64,000 bases of DNA from Carcharhinus amblyrhynchos. Its lineage: Eukaryota. Each line of letters starts with the position of its first letter. The first letter of the stretch is position 1. This document shows positions 38,345 to 50,845 of this stretch, piece after piece. The notes under the pieces are model-generated. The model worked only from the letters and a program-made list of their open reading frames with translations. It did not search any database and was not told where the DNA came from. The stretch lies in the NCBI GenBank assembly GCA_965287045.1, contig OZ336871.1:55676001-55740000 (forward strand), given 5' to 3'. Both the position numbers and the translations under genes were made by a program.

Positions 38345-41300
38345 AGCTAGGTCATGGCTGATCTGGTTCTAGTCTCAACTCCACTTTCCCTCTTACTCCT
38401 TGGTTTCTCCTCCCTCTTCGCAATCTATCCAAAGTATGTATGACTCTGCCTTGAATAAGTTATTTGACCAAGTCCTGCTGCTTTCTGGAGAAGAGAATTC
38501 CACATACGAATGACCCTTTGAGAGAAAAAAAATTCTCCTCATCCCCATGTTAAACCTTTTATTCTTAAATTGTTTCCTCTGGTTGTAACGCTTCCCACAA
38601 GTGGAAACATTCTCCCCACATCTCTCTATAAAATCTCAAGATCTTGCGTATTTCAGTAAGATCACCTCACCTTCTTTTAAACTCTAGTGAGTATAGGTGC
38701 AACCTGTTCAAGATAAGCCCCTCATCCTGGAATGAATCAAGTGAACCTTCTCTGAACTGCTATTGCTGCAGTTAAATGTGTTTTTAAAAAGGAGACAAAA
38801 ACTGTTCAGAGCATTTCAGATGTTGTCTCACCAAGGCCCTGTACAGCTGCAGTAAAACTTCCCTACTTTTATATTCCGTTTTCCTTGCCATAAATGCTAA
38901 CATTTTATTTGCTTCCTATTCACTTACTAAACCTGCATACTAACTTTTTATGATTCATGTAGCAGGACAGCCACATTTCTCTGTATCACAGAATCCAATT
39001 AAATACTGTATTTCCTGTCAAAGTGGCCAAGTTCACATTTTACCACATTACACCCATCCGCCAAATTTTTGCCCACTCACTTAAACTATCTATTTCCTAT
39101 TGGCGTAATTGGCAAATTTTATCTATCATACATATCCAAATCATTGATATAAATTGTAAATTGTGGAGGCCCACGCATTGATCCTTGCAGCATTCCATTT
39201 GTTACAACCTGCCAACCTGAAGAAGACCTATTAATCCGGACTCCATCTCCTGTTAACTAACCAATACTTTATCCATACTAATGTGTACCATGTAAACATA
39301 TCTTGTGTAGTAATCTATGGTGTGGCACCTTATCAAATGCCTTCTGGAAATCCAAGTACAGCACATTAACAGATTGCTCTTTATCCACCTCGCTTGTTAC
39401 TTCTCAAAAATTCATAGTAAGTTAGTTAAACCCTTTCACAAAGCCATGCCAGACTCTGCATGATCAAATTATGATCCTCTAAGTATCCTGCCATAGCTTC
39501 CTTAATAATGGATTCAAACAATTTCCCTATGACAGATGTTAGGCCAACTAGCCCATAGCTTCCTGCTTTCTGTCTCATTTTTTGAATTGGGACCCTTTTA
39601 AGGAGATTCAAGATCGCTCCAAGAAAAATAGGGTAGTAATAGTAGGGGACTTTAACTTTCCCAACATTGACTGGGACATAGTATTAGGAGCTTGGCTGGA
39701 GAGAAATTTGTGTGTATATTCAGGAGGAATTTCTCATTCAATATGTGGATGGTCTCACTAAAGAGGGAGCATATTTACATATTTGTGACTCAATTTCCCA
39801 TTGACTACTTAGGGGCCTGTAGTACAATCCTATCAAAGTGATCCCCCCCTTCTTATTCAGCAGTTCTATTCATACAGATTCAGTGGGCGAAGCCTTAGAT
39901 ATATCCCCTCTCAGTACTATGTAATGTTCTCCCTAATCAAAAACGCAACTCCCTCTCCTCTCTTTTCCCTGTTCTATCTTAAGAACATAAGAACATAAGA
40001 AATAGGAGCAGGAGTAGGCCATCTGGCCCTTCGAGCCTGCCCCGCCATTCAATAAGATCATGGCTGATCTGTCGTGGCTCAGTTCCACTTTCCCGCCCTC
40101 TCCCCATAACCCTTAATCCCCTCTCTTATCAAAAACCCATCAACCCGCTTCTTAAAAATATTTAGCGAGGCAGCCTCCACCACTTCAACGGGCAGAGAAT
40201 TCCAGAGATTCACCACCCTTTGAGTGAAGAAGTTCCTCCTCAACTCCGTTCTGAACTGCCCCCCCTTTATCTTGAGGCTGTGCCCCCTAGTCCTACTGTC
40301 TTTTTTGAGCGGGAAGAGTCTTTCCACCTCTATCCTATCCATCCCATTCATCATCTTATACGTCTCAATGAGATCTCCCCTCATTCTTCTAAACTCTAAC
40401 GAGTACAAGCCTAGTTTATTCAGCCTCTCCTCATAGCTCAACCCCCTCAACTCCGGTATCAGCCTAGTAAACCTCCTCTGCACTCCCTCCAAGGCCAAAA
40501 TATCCTTGCGCAGGTGCGGCGCCCAAAACTGCACACAGTACTCCAGCTGCGGCCTCACCAATGCCCTATACAGCTGCAGCAAGACCTCCCTACTTTTATA
40601 TTCAATCCCCCTCGCTATGAAGGCCAGCATCCCATTCGCCTTCCTGACCACCTGCTGCACCTGCAGGCTGGGTTTTTGCGACTCATGCACAAGGACCCCG
40701 AGGTCCCTCTGCACCGTCGCCTGCTGCAGTTTTTCGCCACGTAAGTAATAGTCCTTCCTACCATTCTTCCTACCAAAGTGGACCACCTCACACTTGCCAA
40801 CATTAAATTCCATTTGCCATTTCCTGGCCCATTCGCCCAGCCTATCTAGATCCTTCTGCAGACTCTCCACACCCTCCGCACAATTTGCCTTTCCCCCAAT
40901 CTTGGTGTCATCAGCAAATTTCGACACCCTACACTCGGTTCCCTCCTCCAGATCATCTATATAAATGGTAAATAGCACCTGTGCCCTAGAATGTTGAGCT
41001 GTCAGTCCTGTCCCTCCCTTAGCCATGTTTCAGTAATAGCAATAATATCCCAGTCCCATGTACCCATCCATGCCCTGAGTTCATCTGCCTTGCCCATCAA
41101 GCCTCTTGCATTGAAATAAATGCACTTGCCTTGCCCTCTGTGCTGCTTTTGCTTGGCCTGTCTAGTATTAGGATTACTGACACTGCCTTTACTATTTAAT
41201 GTGCTCTCTTTAATTTCTGGGCATCCTAAACCTTCTCTTCTGTCTCCCTACTGCTTTGGATTCCATGTCCCCTGCCAAACTAGTTTAAGCCCTCCCGAGT

Positions 41301-41590
41301 TGAAAAGAACAAAGAACAGCACAGCACAGGAGTTGCTCTAGCAAATCTCCCCGCCAGTATATTAGTCCCCTTCAGTTCAGGTGCAACCCGTCCTGCTTAA
41401 ACAGGTCACCCTGAAGATGAAGATTGTTTTAAATTCCTCCCTCATGTCCATTCCTTGATTTCCAAGTATATTTGGGAAGTCTTCTAAGTCTTCTACAATG
41501 AAGACAGACCCAAAGTACCTGTTCAACACCCCTGCCATTTCATTGTTACCTCTTATCAATTCTCCATACTCACTTTCTAGTGGACCAACG
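38345..41590 (-). mobile_element. Nested older CR1 elements hosting the young CR1
   Basis: Old RT and 3' part at 38345-39595 and 41410-41590. A second CR1 endonuclease region lies at 39599-39979 and 40976-41410. Confidence 0.75.
39980..40975 (-). mobile_element. Young 5'-truncated CR1 LINE with uninterrupted RT C-terminal ORF
   Basis: LFTIYIDDL...SKFADDTK...LRRNFFTQRVVNLWNSLP open frame. CpG-rich. (cttatgtt)n 3' tail. Confidence 0.95.
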
Positions 41591-42043
41591 CTGTTAGACT
41601 CTGCTAGATAGGATGTTTCTTTAGCTTGTGATTTGTAAAAGTGTTTTGTATTACACCCATGTATGGAATTAAAGTATTCCAGTGAAAGCTGTATTTTGAT
41701 TGTTGTCAGCTCTCCAATGCAATCAATGGCATGATAATGTGTTTATAACATGAAGTACATTTTTGTACTTGTTTTAAATGTATACACCAAGAAGAAAAAA
41801 AAGACATTCTTCTACTTGTTTGATTGTTGCTGAATGGAATAGAGAATTATGTCAACCCTTATTTTTCCCACCAAAACCAATAGGTATTAATGGACTTCAT
41901 GGCTTCTTCCTGCACAGAATATGGGGTTGGGTTCTGGGTGCTTGTGTTATTTGTATCATGAGAATATTCATGGATGTGCTTGGAAACTTTCATTTTTAAT
42001 TTCACTATCACCCCAAAATAACAATTTTCCATTTGTTAAATAG

Positions 42044-42121
42044 GTTTGAAATCTGAGGGGCTTTACAGAGTCTCTGGATTTACTGAGCACATAGAAGATG
42101 TTAAAATGGCATTTGACCGAG
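42044..42121 (+). CDS. CHN2: Beta-chimaerin coding exon (78 nt): (G)[25 protein letters not shown](D), containing the GAP arginine finger (AGA at 42067-42069)
   Basis: Acceptor tag|GT and donor CGAG|gtgagt. GLYRVSG RhoGAP motif is intact. Too short for the ORF track. Confidence 0.96.
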
Positions 42122-43865
42122 GTGAGTGCAACACTATCCTATGATTTTAGCTTAAGTATAAAACAAATATACAGTTTTGGTTTTAGTTTTGTAAGTTTTC
42201 TTTTTAGCTTAATTTGTTAAGAAAGTAGTGCAATTATAAGAAGCTTCTATTTCATACTTTGTGGAAGATTTTCTTCTCTGTTTGTAGCAAGATCATAAAC
42301 ATGAATAAAAAGTGCACTTATGATTTGCACTGCATACTTCAATCCATAGCTCCTTGAATATTCAGTTTGATAATTGTCATGCAGCTACATATAATTGCAA
42401 AGACGTATGTTTAGCCATAGTTAAAGAAGGATGTGCAATTTTGTGCATCCAATAATAGAAAGCATACAGAGCCATGGAAAGATGTAAGGTGAAGATGAAA
42501 CTGGAAATGAGATGTTGTTATGACCATCGTTCAGAAAAGATGTCAAATAGAAGTATTGCAAATTAAAGAGTTTAGTGAATAAATGGCATGTTAAAGCTAG
42601 TTAGCTGTGGGAATCTGTCCTCATTCAATATTCAGCTGTTACACCCTTTTCCATGTGCAATACAGACTCAGTGGAGGAGTTTTCCCCAGAGTGACAAGAA
42701 ATTGCAAGGTTAATGTATTCTCAAGTCAAAGATTGGCTCAGTGTGTGGATATTCTGGAGACTGATGGCTCTGATAATGCAGAGATGCATGCAATGCCAGC
42801 CACTCTGCTGCTGTCATGTTTGACCCCTGGAAATAAGTTTTTGCCAACATATTTGTGTCATGAGCACATCTCAGCTCATCTTCTGCTAAAACTAAGTCTT
42901 GCCTTTCTTACTTCTGGACTTGACTATTCCATTGCACCCCGACTAGTTTCCGTTTGCCATCTTCCATAAACTTGAGCTCATCCAAAACTTAACTTGCTCA
43001 AGTCCCATACACCTATCACCCCTATCTTCACTGCTTGATTAGGAGAAAATATAAGACAATGTCTCAATTTTAAAGTTCTTATCACATTTTAAAAATTCCT
43101 CCATGACCTTGTAATGTCCTGAAATACGTGCACTTATCTAATTCTGGACTCTTCAACATCCCGATTTTAATCACTTCACCATTGGTGGGCAAGCTTCAGC
43201 TGCTTGGGTCCTAAGTTCATTTCCTGCCTACATTTCTCTGCAGCTTGACCTCACTTCCCTCATTTAAAGCATTCCTTAAAACCTACCTTGGGCTAAAATT
43301 ATGATAATCTATCTATCTCCTTATGTGGGCTTATGTCATTGTTTTATAATGCTCCTGCAAAGTGAATTGAGATTTTTATTCCATTACTGGCCCTATAAAA
43401 GTATAAGTTCCAATAATTTTGCTGACATCATAATGAATGCCTTTTTGGAGCTGTAGTTGCTAAACATAATGGATGTTATCTTATATGAAATTAATAGCCT
43501 ACTGGAAATATTGCAGGGTGATTATACCTAGTATTGAACCACTGTCGTGGAAATTATAGATGCAATGACTTTTTTGAATGGTTTTACTTTTAGCCACGGG
43601 GATTGGAAGCACTGTAGAGGTACCCTTTGGGTAGGGCAGATAGTGAAAAATATATCCAGATTGCGAGGCTTCAATATGGGAAAAGGTGTTATTACCTGAG
43701 TCAGGTTTCCATTAAAGTGATGATATTCATCCATATAAAGTATGGATGGCAGGAGTTTAAGAGAACACAAAAAGAACTTAGATGCCATAGGGGTGCTGGA
43801 GATTAGGGGATACATGTCCTAGTTGAGAGCAAGACATGTGTGATACGAGAGGGCCCAAAGATAAT

Positions 43866-44033
43866 GGCTGGAATTCACCAGCCTCCGATCAGCAGTGAGG
43901 GGTAGTGCACAATCCGCTTGCAGGGGGATCTCCTGGTCCTGCTGCTGTCAATGGGATTTCCCATTGTAGCCATACCACACCACCAACAGGACCAGAGAAT
44001 CAGTCACTAGTGAACAGCTAGAGAATTCCAGCC
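43866..44033. mobile_element. Harbinger-type MITE (168 bp); relatives at about 11552-11680 and 21765-21965
   Basis: TIRs ggctggaattc / gaattccagcc, flanked by a 3-bp TSD aat. Confidence 0.8.
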
Positions 44034-44329
44034 AATGTCTGAGGTCCCAGACAGCTAAATCCAAGCAGGATGAGAACCAGCAGGAACATATGAAAGCTAG
44101 CTCAGTGAAAAATTAACTGTTTGCAGCAGAGGACCAGAAAATGGTGCCTGGAGAAGTAGACCAGGTGTTGTAATAATGGCAGTCCAGCAGAGCCTCAGTC
44201 AAGTTTGTTTAAATTATGTCTTTTCAATATAAATGGTTATACATGGTTAGTTTTATGATGGGATGAGGCGTAATTTAACTCTTCAATAAAGATCCTGGTT
44301 TGGAGATCAAACATGGAATAGTTGCTCTT

Positions 44330-44890
44330 TATAGAATAGAATGGAATCTCTACAGTGCAGAAGGGGCCATTCGGCCCATCAATTCTGCACTGACTCTGAT
44401 TGAATACCTTACATAGACCCACTCCCCACATTTTCCTCATTATCCTACACATTTCCTAATGGCTAATTTCCACATGGCTAATTCATCTAATCTACACATC
44501 TTGGGATGCTAAGGGCCAATTTAGCATAGCCAATCCACCAAACTTTCACATCTTTGGAGTGTGGGAGGAAAGCAGAGCACCCAGAGCTTTTTTTTTAATT
44601 TATTATTTGTGTAACAAGTAGTTTTACATTAACACTGCAATGAAGATATGATGAAAATCCCCTAGTTGCCATATTCTGGCACCTGTTTGGGTACACTGAG
44701 GGAGAATTTAGCATGGCCATTGCACCTAACCAGCATGTCTTTTGGACTGTGGGAGGAAACCAGAGCATCCGGAGGGAAACCAATGCTGACACGGAGAGAA
44801 TGTGCAGACTCAACACAGACAATGATCAAAGCTTGGAATCAAACCAGAATCCTTGGAGCCACAAGGCAGCAGTGCTAGCCACCGTGCCAC
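44330..44890 (-). mobile_element. Two tandem HE1-type SINEs with different 3' tails
   Basis: 44330-44586 has the ctgcactgtagagattc tail. 44595-44890 has a full head and the aataataaatt tail. Confidence 0.8.
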
Positions 44891-45061
44891 TCATTTATCT
44901 CACTATTTATCTCAATAAATAGCTTAAAAATTTGTAAGCAACAAATCTGATTAAAGCATGGGCTTCACACATTTGAGAGAATAGATTACAAAAAAAATCC
45001 ATAGCAAAATACTTATTTTTCCCACAAAAACAATAGACTCAGCATAAGTTCCACACAGCTA

Positions 45062-46105
45062 ATAAGAAACAAAGAAAAGTATAGCACAGGACAGGCCTTT
45101 GGTACTCCAGGCCTGTGCTGATTACGATACTGTAACTAAAAAATAAACCTTCTGCCCTTACTCAGTCCATATCCCTCTATTCATGTACCATCCAGATGCC
45201 TCCTAAATGTTGCTAATGTGCCTGCTTTCACTACCTCCTCTGGCAGAACATTCCAGGCACCCACAACTCTCTGCACGAAAAGCTTTCCCCCTCTCACATT
45301 GAACCTTTACCCCCTTGTAATTGACACTTCCACCCTTCGAAAAAGCGTGTGACTATCCACCCTGTCTACAGTATAATTTAAACTTAACTTTGATCCTCCA
45401 AAGTGCATCACCTCATACTTAAATAAAAGCAAGTTACTACGGATGCTGGAAGCTGAAACCAAAAGAAAAAATGCTGGAAAATCTCAGCAGTTCTTGCAGC
45501 ATCTGTAAGGAGAGAAAAGAGCTACATTGTAAGTCCAGATGACCCTTCGTACTTGTCTGGATTAAATGCCACTTGCCATTTCTGTGCCCAAGTCGCCAAT
45601 CTGTTGTATCCTGACAGTCTCTGGCACTAACAGCAACTCAACTAATCTTCGTGCCATCTTCAAATTTACTAATTAGACCATCCACATTTTCCTCCAGATC
45701 GTTTATATATACTGTAAACAACTGATCCCTGCAGAACATCACTAGTTACAGATCTCCATTCTGAAATTCTATAACCAAGCTAGTTCTATATCCATCTAGC
45801 CAGCCCACCCCAAATCCCATGTGATTTTAATTCTTGTACCAGTCGGCCATGTGGGACCTTGTCAAATTCCTTACTAAAGTCTATATAAACTATATCCACA
45901 GCCCCTCATCTATTTGTCACCTGTTCAAGAAACTCAATCAAATTGGTGAGACATGATCTTTCCCATACAAAACCATGCTGCCGATCACCAGCTAGTCCAT
46001 TTTCTTCCAAATGTGCATACATCCTGTTCCTCAGTATCTTCTCCAAAAGCTTCCCTATCACAGATGTCAGGCTCACCAGCCTATAATTTCCTGGATTATC
46101 CCTAA
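45062..46105 (-). mobile_element. Degraded CR1 (RT and 3' end) with nested PLE 3' fragment at about 45424-45549
   Basis: Reverse-complement RT motifs (aaatttgaagatggcacg; gacaaggtcccacatgg) and CR1 tail. Confidence 0.75.
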
Positions 46106-47420
46106 TCTACTAGGCTTCAGAATATTGGTCAGAATATTGACAATAATCACCTTGGCCACCTATGAATAAATGTTTGAGGAAATGGTTTTGAGTAGATTTT
46201 CCCACATCTGTAGATGTCATTTTAAGGAACCAACCACCTTCAGATTAATTGTTGATTGATTTCTGCTGGCTATTGCTAGGTTCATAGTAACATTCGGTGG
46301 TTTGTAAATCGTGGGGTTGAATTTCCTATACTTGCTTCTAGTTGTTGTAACAGGCTTGTAATAGGAAATGCTTCAGATTCTCATCACAGCAAAAGCTATG
46401 AGTGAGTTTACTTAAATTTGTTTTGGATCATTTAACTTCTTGATGTTGTTTAAAACATTGCAAAAATACTTTGTGATTTAACTATTTGGTTCTGCTTGCA
46501 AATCGTTAATTGACTTTCATTCTGCTTGCATTTTGATTGCTTTTTTTTTAAAAAATCTTGCTGATTCTTTATTAGCTTTACTCCCTGTGTAGCAATATTT
46601 AAGGCAAATTACCATTGCTAAGTTATATAAATAGCTTCTTTCCAAATATTGTGTTTGAATTAGATACAAATACAATGGTCGAGTACAAATATAATTTTTA
46701 AAATTACGGTAGTGACTTTCATATGCTTTACAAATGCACAGCTATTAGGAGTGAAATCAGCTTTAGACCAGAGGCAAGAAATGGGTTCATGGTGAACGGG
46801 CAATTGTTTTTTCACTGTGCCTGTGCTTTTCACTGAAGTTCACAGAGCAATAGTTCAAATATCTTTTTGGAGACATGTTTCCGAGTTGCACTATAGCTTC
46901 GACTTAGTTTGAAATCACAAATCCTGCCAATGTTTTCCAAATCAATATAATTTAAAACTAGCATTGTGAAAAGTCAGTTGCCAATTTGCTGCAAATTCTT
47001 TTCATGCCATCGGCCAATGTTATCCCTGTATATATAAATGATTTTGTGAAAACAGCTTTATTCTGGATTATTGTACAGTCACTCAAAAAAAACCATGATT
47101 TATTTAATGAAAAATTTATTTTAGTAATAATATGAACATAAGACAAGCCTTTTTACATGCTTACACTGTGCTGTCCCTTGGTGTTCTGGTGTGGTCCATC
47201 CTGGATGTCATTTTGGTAAGTTGGTAACGCATGCAGTGGAAGTGTGCAGAGTAGGCAGATCATGACGTCAGTCAGTGTGTATTCTGATTTGCCAACGGCT
47301 GTGCCATTTTCTAACTCAGTGCTCCAGCTTTTTTTTTGTGGCACTCCATCTTGTTTTGGATGTTAGACTTCTCACATTAACTTCAGTGATTATTTACATT
47401 TGCTGCCTTTACGTGACCTG

Positions 47421-47567
47421 GTAAGAAGTCTCACAGCACCAGGTTAAAGTCCCACAGGTTTATTTGGTGGCTTTTGCTACCAAATAAACCTGTTGGACTT
47501 TAACCAGGTGTTGTCAGACTTCTTACTGTGTTTAGCCCCAGTCCAACACCAGCATCTCCACATCATG
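47421..47567 (+). mobile_element. Short fold-back PLE pLTR fragment
   Basis: Arms 47421-47471 and 47476-47526 with a tttt loop. Same tail. Degenerate 13-bp TSD (tttacgtgacctg / tttatattacctg). Confidence 0.85.
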
Positions 47568-48334
47568 TTTATATTACCTGCCCAGAGTGTTTCCTGGTCC
47601 CCTGTCGATAGATGACCTCTCTCCCTTTCTATCCACATCCCACCTCCAGTGTGGCATCAGTGAACCTTTAAGCTTTTTTTTTCCCCATTGTTGTTCTTTC
47701 TGGATCTAACTGTGCCCTAGAATGACTTTCAGAAACTGCCCCAGTCAAAATGCACTTACCTTTTTAAGGGCTACAGATGACATTAACTATTGAATCTCAA
47801 GATTCCCCTGCCCCCAAGCACAGACCTGCATCCACTCAGCAATGGGCTTCGCACTGGCTGTATGCTTCAATCACATAAATAAGCAAGCAGCAAAAAGTTT
47901 TGGAATGAATGAGTTAATCACACATTGATAACCCCATACCCATTTTCAGGCCTCATTGAATTTCACGGACAGTGTATAGTATATGATCAAAACCCAAAAT
48001 TAGAAATGTGAAATGTACAAAAAGTGCAAACAAGTTTACGTGTCTGCAATTTCCCTCATTTGACTTGGCAAGATTTATATAATTATGCTCGATTACAAAG
48101 ACTAAAATGACAAATATTGGTTTAACTTAAAATATCATATCAAAAACTACATTTCCTGCATTCTTCAAATGGAAATTTTTGTTGCACTATGCTGCTGTTA
48201 GAAAATATTATAGAAACAAATTTGTTTAAAGTTTGTTTATAAATTTTTTTTAAAAATTCTCAAAATGCAGAGTTAAAACTTAGTTCTTGCAAAATTTTGA
48301 TGAAAAATAGACTTGAATTTATATTGTGTGTTTC

Positions 48335-48672
48335 ATGACCACTGAACATCTCAATGTGTTTTACTGCTAATGAAGTACTTTTGAAGTATAGTCACTGTTG
48401 TAACATATAAAGTGCAGCAGCCAATTTGCACACATCAAGTTCCCACAAACAGTAATAATCTGGTCTTGTGATAATTACTGAGAGATAAACATTGGCCAAG
48501 ATACCAGGAGCAACTCCCCAGTTCTTCAAAATAGTTTACAGAATCTTTTACACCCTCCCGAGAAGGAAGATGAAGCCTTAGTTTAACTTCTCATCCAAAA
48601 AAATGCTTCTTACAGTGCAGCACTCCCTCAGTTCTGCACCGGACTTGATTTTAATGCTCAAGGTCTGGAGTG
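48335..48672 (-). mobile_element. DeuSINE-like ancient SINE (related copies at about 5670-5970 + and 59725-60065 +)
   Basis: Reverse complement ttggatgagaagttaaactaaggc...aaaagattctgtaaactattttgaagaactgggg...tcctggtatcttggccaa resembles the Deu domain as I recall it. Confidence 0.55.
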
Positions 48673-48886
48673 GTGGAATAATTGTTACCTTTTCCAAGTT
48701 TGGTGAAGTAATCATTAGCGCATTCAATTAAGATAATTCTACTGTACTGCTAATCCTTTGTGCACTGCTGTGGCTGATATTCTGCAGGAGTGGTAATATC
48801 TGGCAACTAGCTCACACTCTCTAAGATAACTTGTGTAAGTTTTAGGCAGTATTCTTTATTGTAATTAACATTTGTCATCTTTCCAG

Positions 48887-49024
48887 ATGGTGACAAAGCT
48901 GACATCTCTGCTGCTACCTATGCAGACATCAACATCATTGCTGGTGCACTTAAGTTGTATTTTAGGGATTTGCCTATTCCAGTTATCACCTATGACTCAT
49001 ATCAAAAATTCATTGAAGCAGCCA
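48887..49024 (+). CDS. CHN2: Beta-chimaerin coding exon (138 nt): (D)[45 protein letters not shown](K)
   Basis: Acceptor catctttccag|AT and donor GCCA|gtaagt. Contains the LKLYFRDLP RhoGAP motif. Confidence 0.96.
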
Positions 49025-49620
49025 GTAAGTATCATCTGAACTTTTAGACACTGCCCAACTCCCATTTGAAATTGGTAAATAATGGACAAGACAATGTGAA
49101 TAAGGCTATTCAGTAATTATGCTAATTCAGTTATTGAATGCACGTTTTTTTTAAGAATATTTTCTAGTAAAAATAACCATGGACAAAGATAATCATTGTG
49201 ATGTTGCTGTTTCTCACCAGTTATCACTTCACCTGCACTGTAACCTTTGATTCCTTGCTATTGTATAAAACTGTAGTTACCGGATGCTGTCTGGTACCTC
49301 ACATTGTCCCCTCCACAGCTGAGCCTATATGGCGAGCTTTGGCAAGCAGTTCATCTATGAGGATCCATGACAGCTTAGCCAAATCCTGTCCTTACTGGAT
49401 ATTCACAAAACAGCGGGTTATCTGGTCATTTTTTCCATCTCTAATGTAAGGATATTGGTTAGCATTGAAATTGCCTATCATACCTCAAGTTGTCAAATGG
49501 TCTAACAGTAGAGTCAATGCTGCTGCAGGAGTACCGACTTTTTAGTAAAGTAGCCAAGGGCACCGGCACCCTTGCAGCTATACTCCAACAGTAGTTGGTA
49601 TCTTCAGGAGGGTAGGAATA

Positions 49621-49690
49621 TGGTGGTGGTGGTGAGGGGTGGTGGGGCGTGGCGTGGTGGTGGTGGTGGTGGTGGTGGTGGTGGTGATGG
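49621..49690 (+). repeat. (GGT)n microsatellite
   Basis: Direct reading. Lies in the 847-nt intron. Confidence 0.9.
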
Positions 49691-49871
49691 CTGCTACATT
49701 CATTCAATAAGGGTAGGATAAAGCAAAAGTGCAAATAAATGTGATTAAGAAAACAATGTCAGGGTTAAATTAGGAATTAATTGGAAAACCAATATTTGAG
49801 AAGTTCAATTCTAAGGAAGAAAAACTAATGTGTGACTTAATGTCTGTTTTATGATATTTGCTTTTAATTAG

Positions 49872-49977
49872 AAATTACCAATCCAGACGACAGGCTAGAG
49901 GCCATCAATGAATCCTTAATGTTACTCCCTCCTGCACATTATGAGACACTGAGGCACTTGATGACTCATCTGAAAAG
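49872..49977 (+). CDS. CHN2: Beta-chimaerin coding exon (106 nt): (K)[34 protein letters not shown](R)
   Basis: Acceptor ttttaattag|AA and donor AAAG|gtaaat. Contains the LPPAHYETL motif. Phases are compatible on both sides. Confidence 0.95.
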
Positions 49978-50324
49978 GTAAATTGGTTTTGTACTTGGGT
50001 TTGTACATTTAGCAGAAAAGTTTGAATCATTTAATAATGCACAGAGAAACTGACAAAATACCAAAATGATAATTTTCTGGATAAAAATGACAAATTTAAA
50101 CTCAAGTTCAAAATTCATTTGATTGGTCCACAAAGGTTTTACATTACGATAAATTCCTGATACATGAATCCTACCTAATTGATGACTCATTCATAAGGAA
50201 TTTTATTGGTAAACCTAATTCAAGGGAGTCCAGATTTTTCTTTGGTCCTTAAATCTGCGTTTATTTTTTCCCAAGTGAGCTAACTGAACGCAGTAGCAAA
50301 TGCACATTTCAAGGAGAGAGAAGA

Positions 50325-50845
50325 GTGTGGCAATGTCACTGGACTAGTAATCCATAGGTTAAGGCTAATACGCTGGGATAAAAGCAAATTACTGTGGATG
50401 CTGGAATCTGAAACAAAAACAGAAAATGTTGTAAAATCCCAGCAGGTCTGACAGTATCAGTGGAGTGAGAATAGAGCCAATGTTTCAAGTCTGGATGACT
50501 TTGTCAAAGCATAATCCTCTTGGGAATTGAGCTCAAATCCCATTGCGGCAGGTGATAGAATGTAAGTTCAATAATTAATCTGGAATATAAAACTAGTCTT
50601 AGTAATGGTGACCTTGACATCAGCTGTTGTAAAAACGCATCTGGTTCATTAAAGCCTATTAAGGAAGGAATCTGCCATTTTTATCCAACTTGGCTTACAT
50701 GTGACTCCAGACCCACAGCACGTGGTTGATTCTTAACTTTCTGAAATGGCCTGGTAAGCCACTCAGTTCAAGGCCAATTAGTGATGGGGCAATAAATGCT
50801 GGCCTGGCCAGTGACATTCACATTCCCATGAAAGAACAAAGGAAA
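50325..50845 (+). mobile_element. tRNA-derived SINE with nested PLE 3' fragment (about 50380-50510); - strand relatives at about 12190-12520 and 30930-31105
   Basis: Shared gtgactccagacccacagca...ggcaataaatgctggcctggccagtgac sequence between copies. Confidence 0.65.

Noticed and set aside
40079-41026. 315-aa ORF as a host gene or a complete RT
   Set aside because: It is a 5'-truncated CR1 ORF2. The first ~17 residues come from flanking older repeat DNA.
18295-49734. Poly-His/Pro ORFs at 18295-18669 and 49459-49734
   Set aside because: Produced by (GGT)n microsatellites read on the minus strand.
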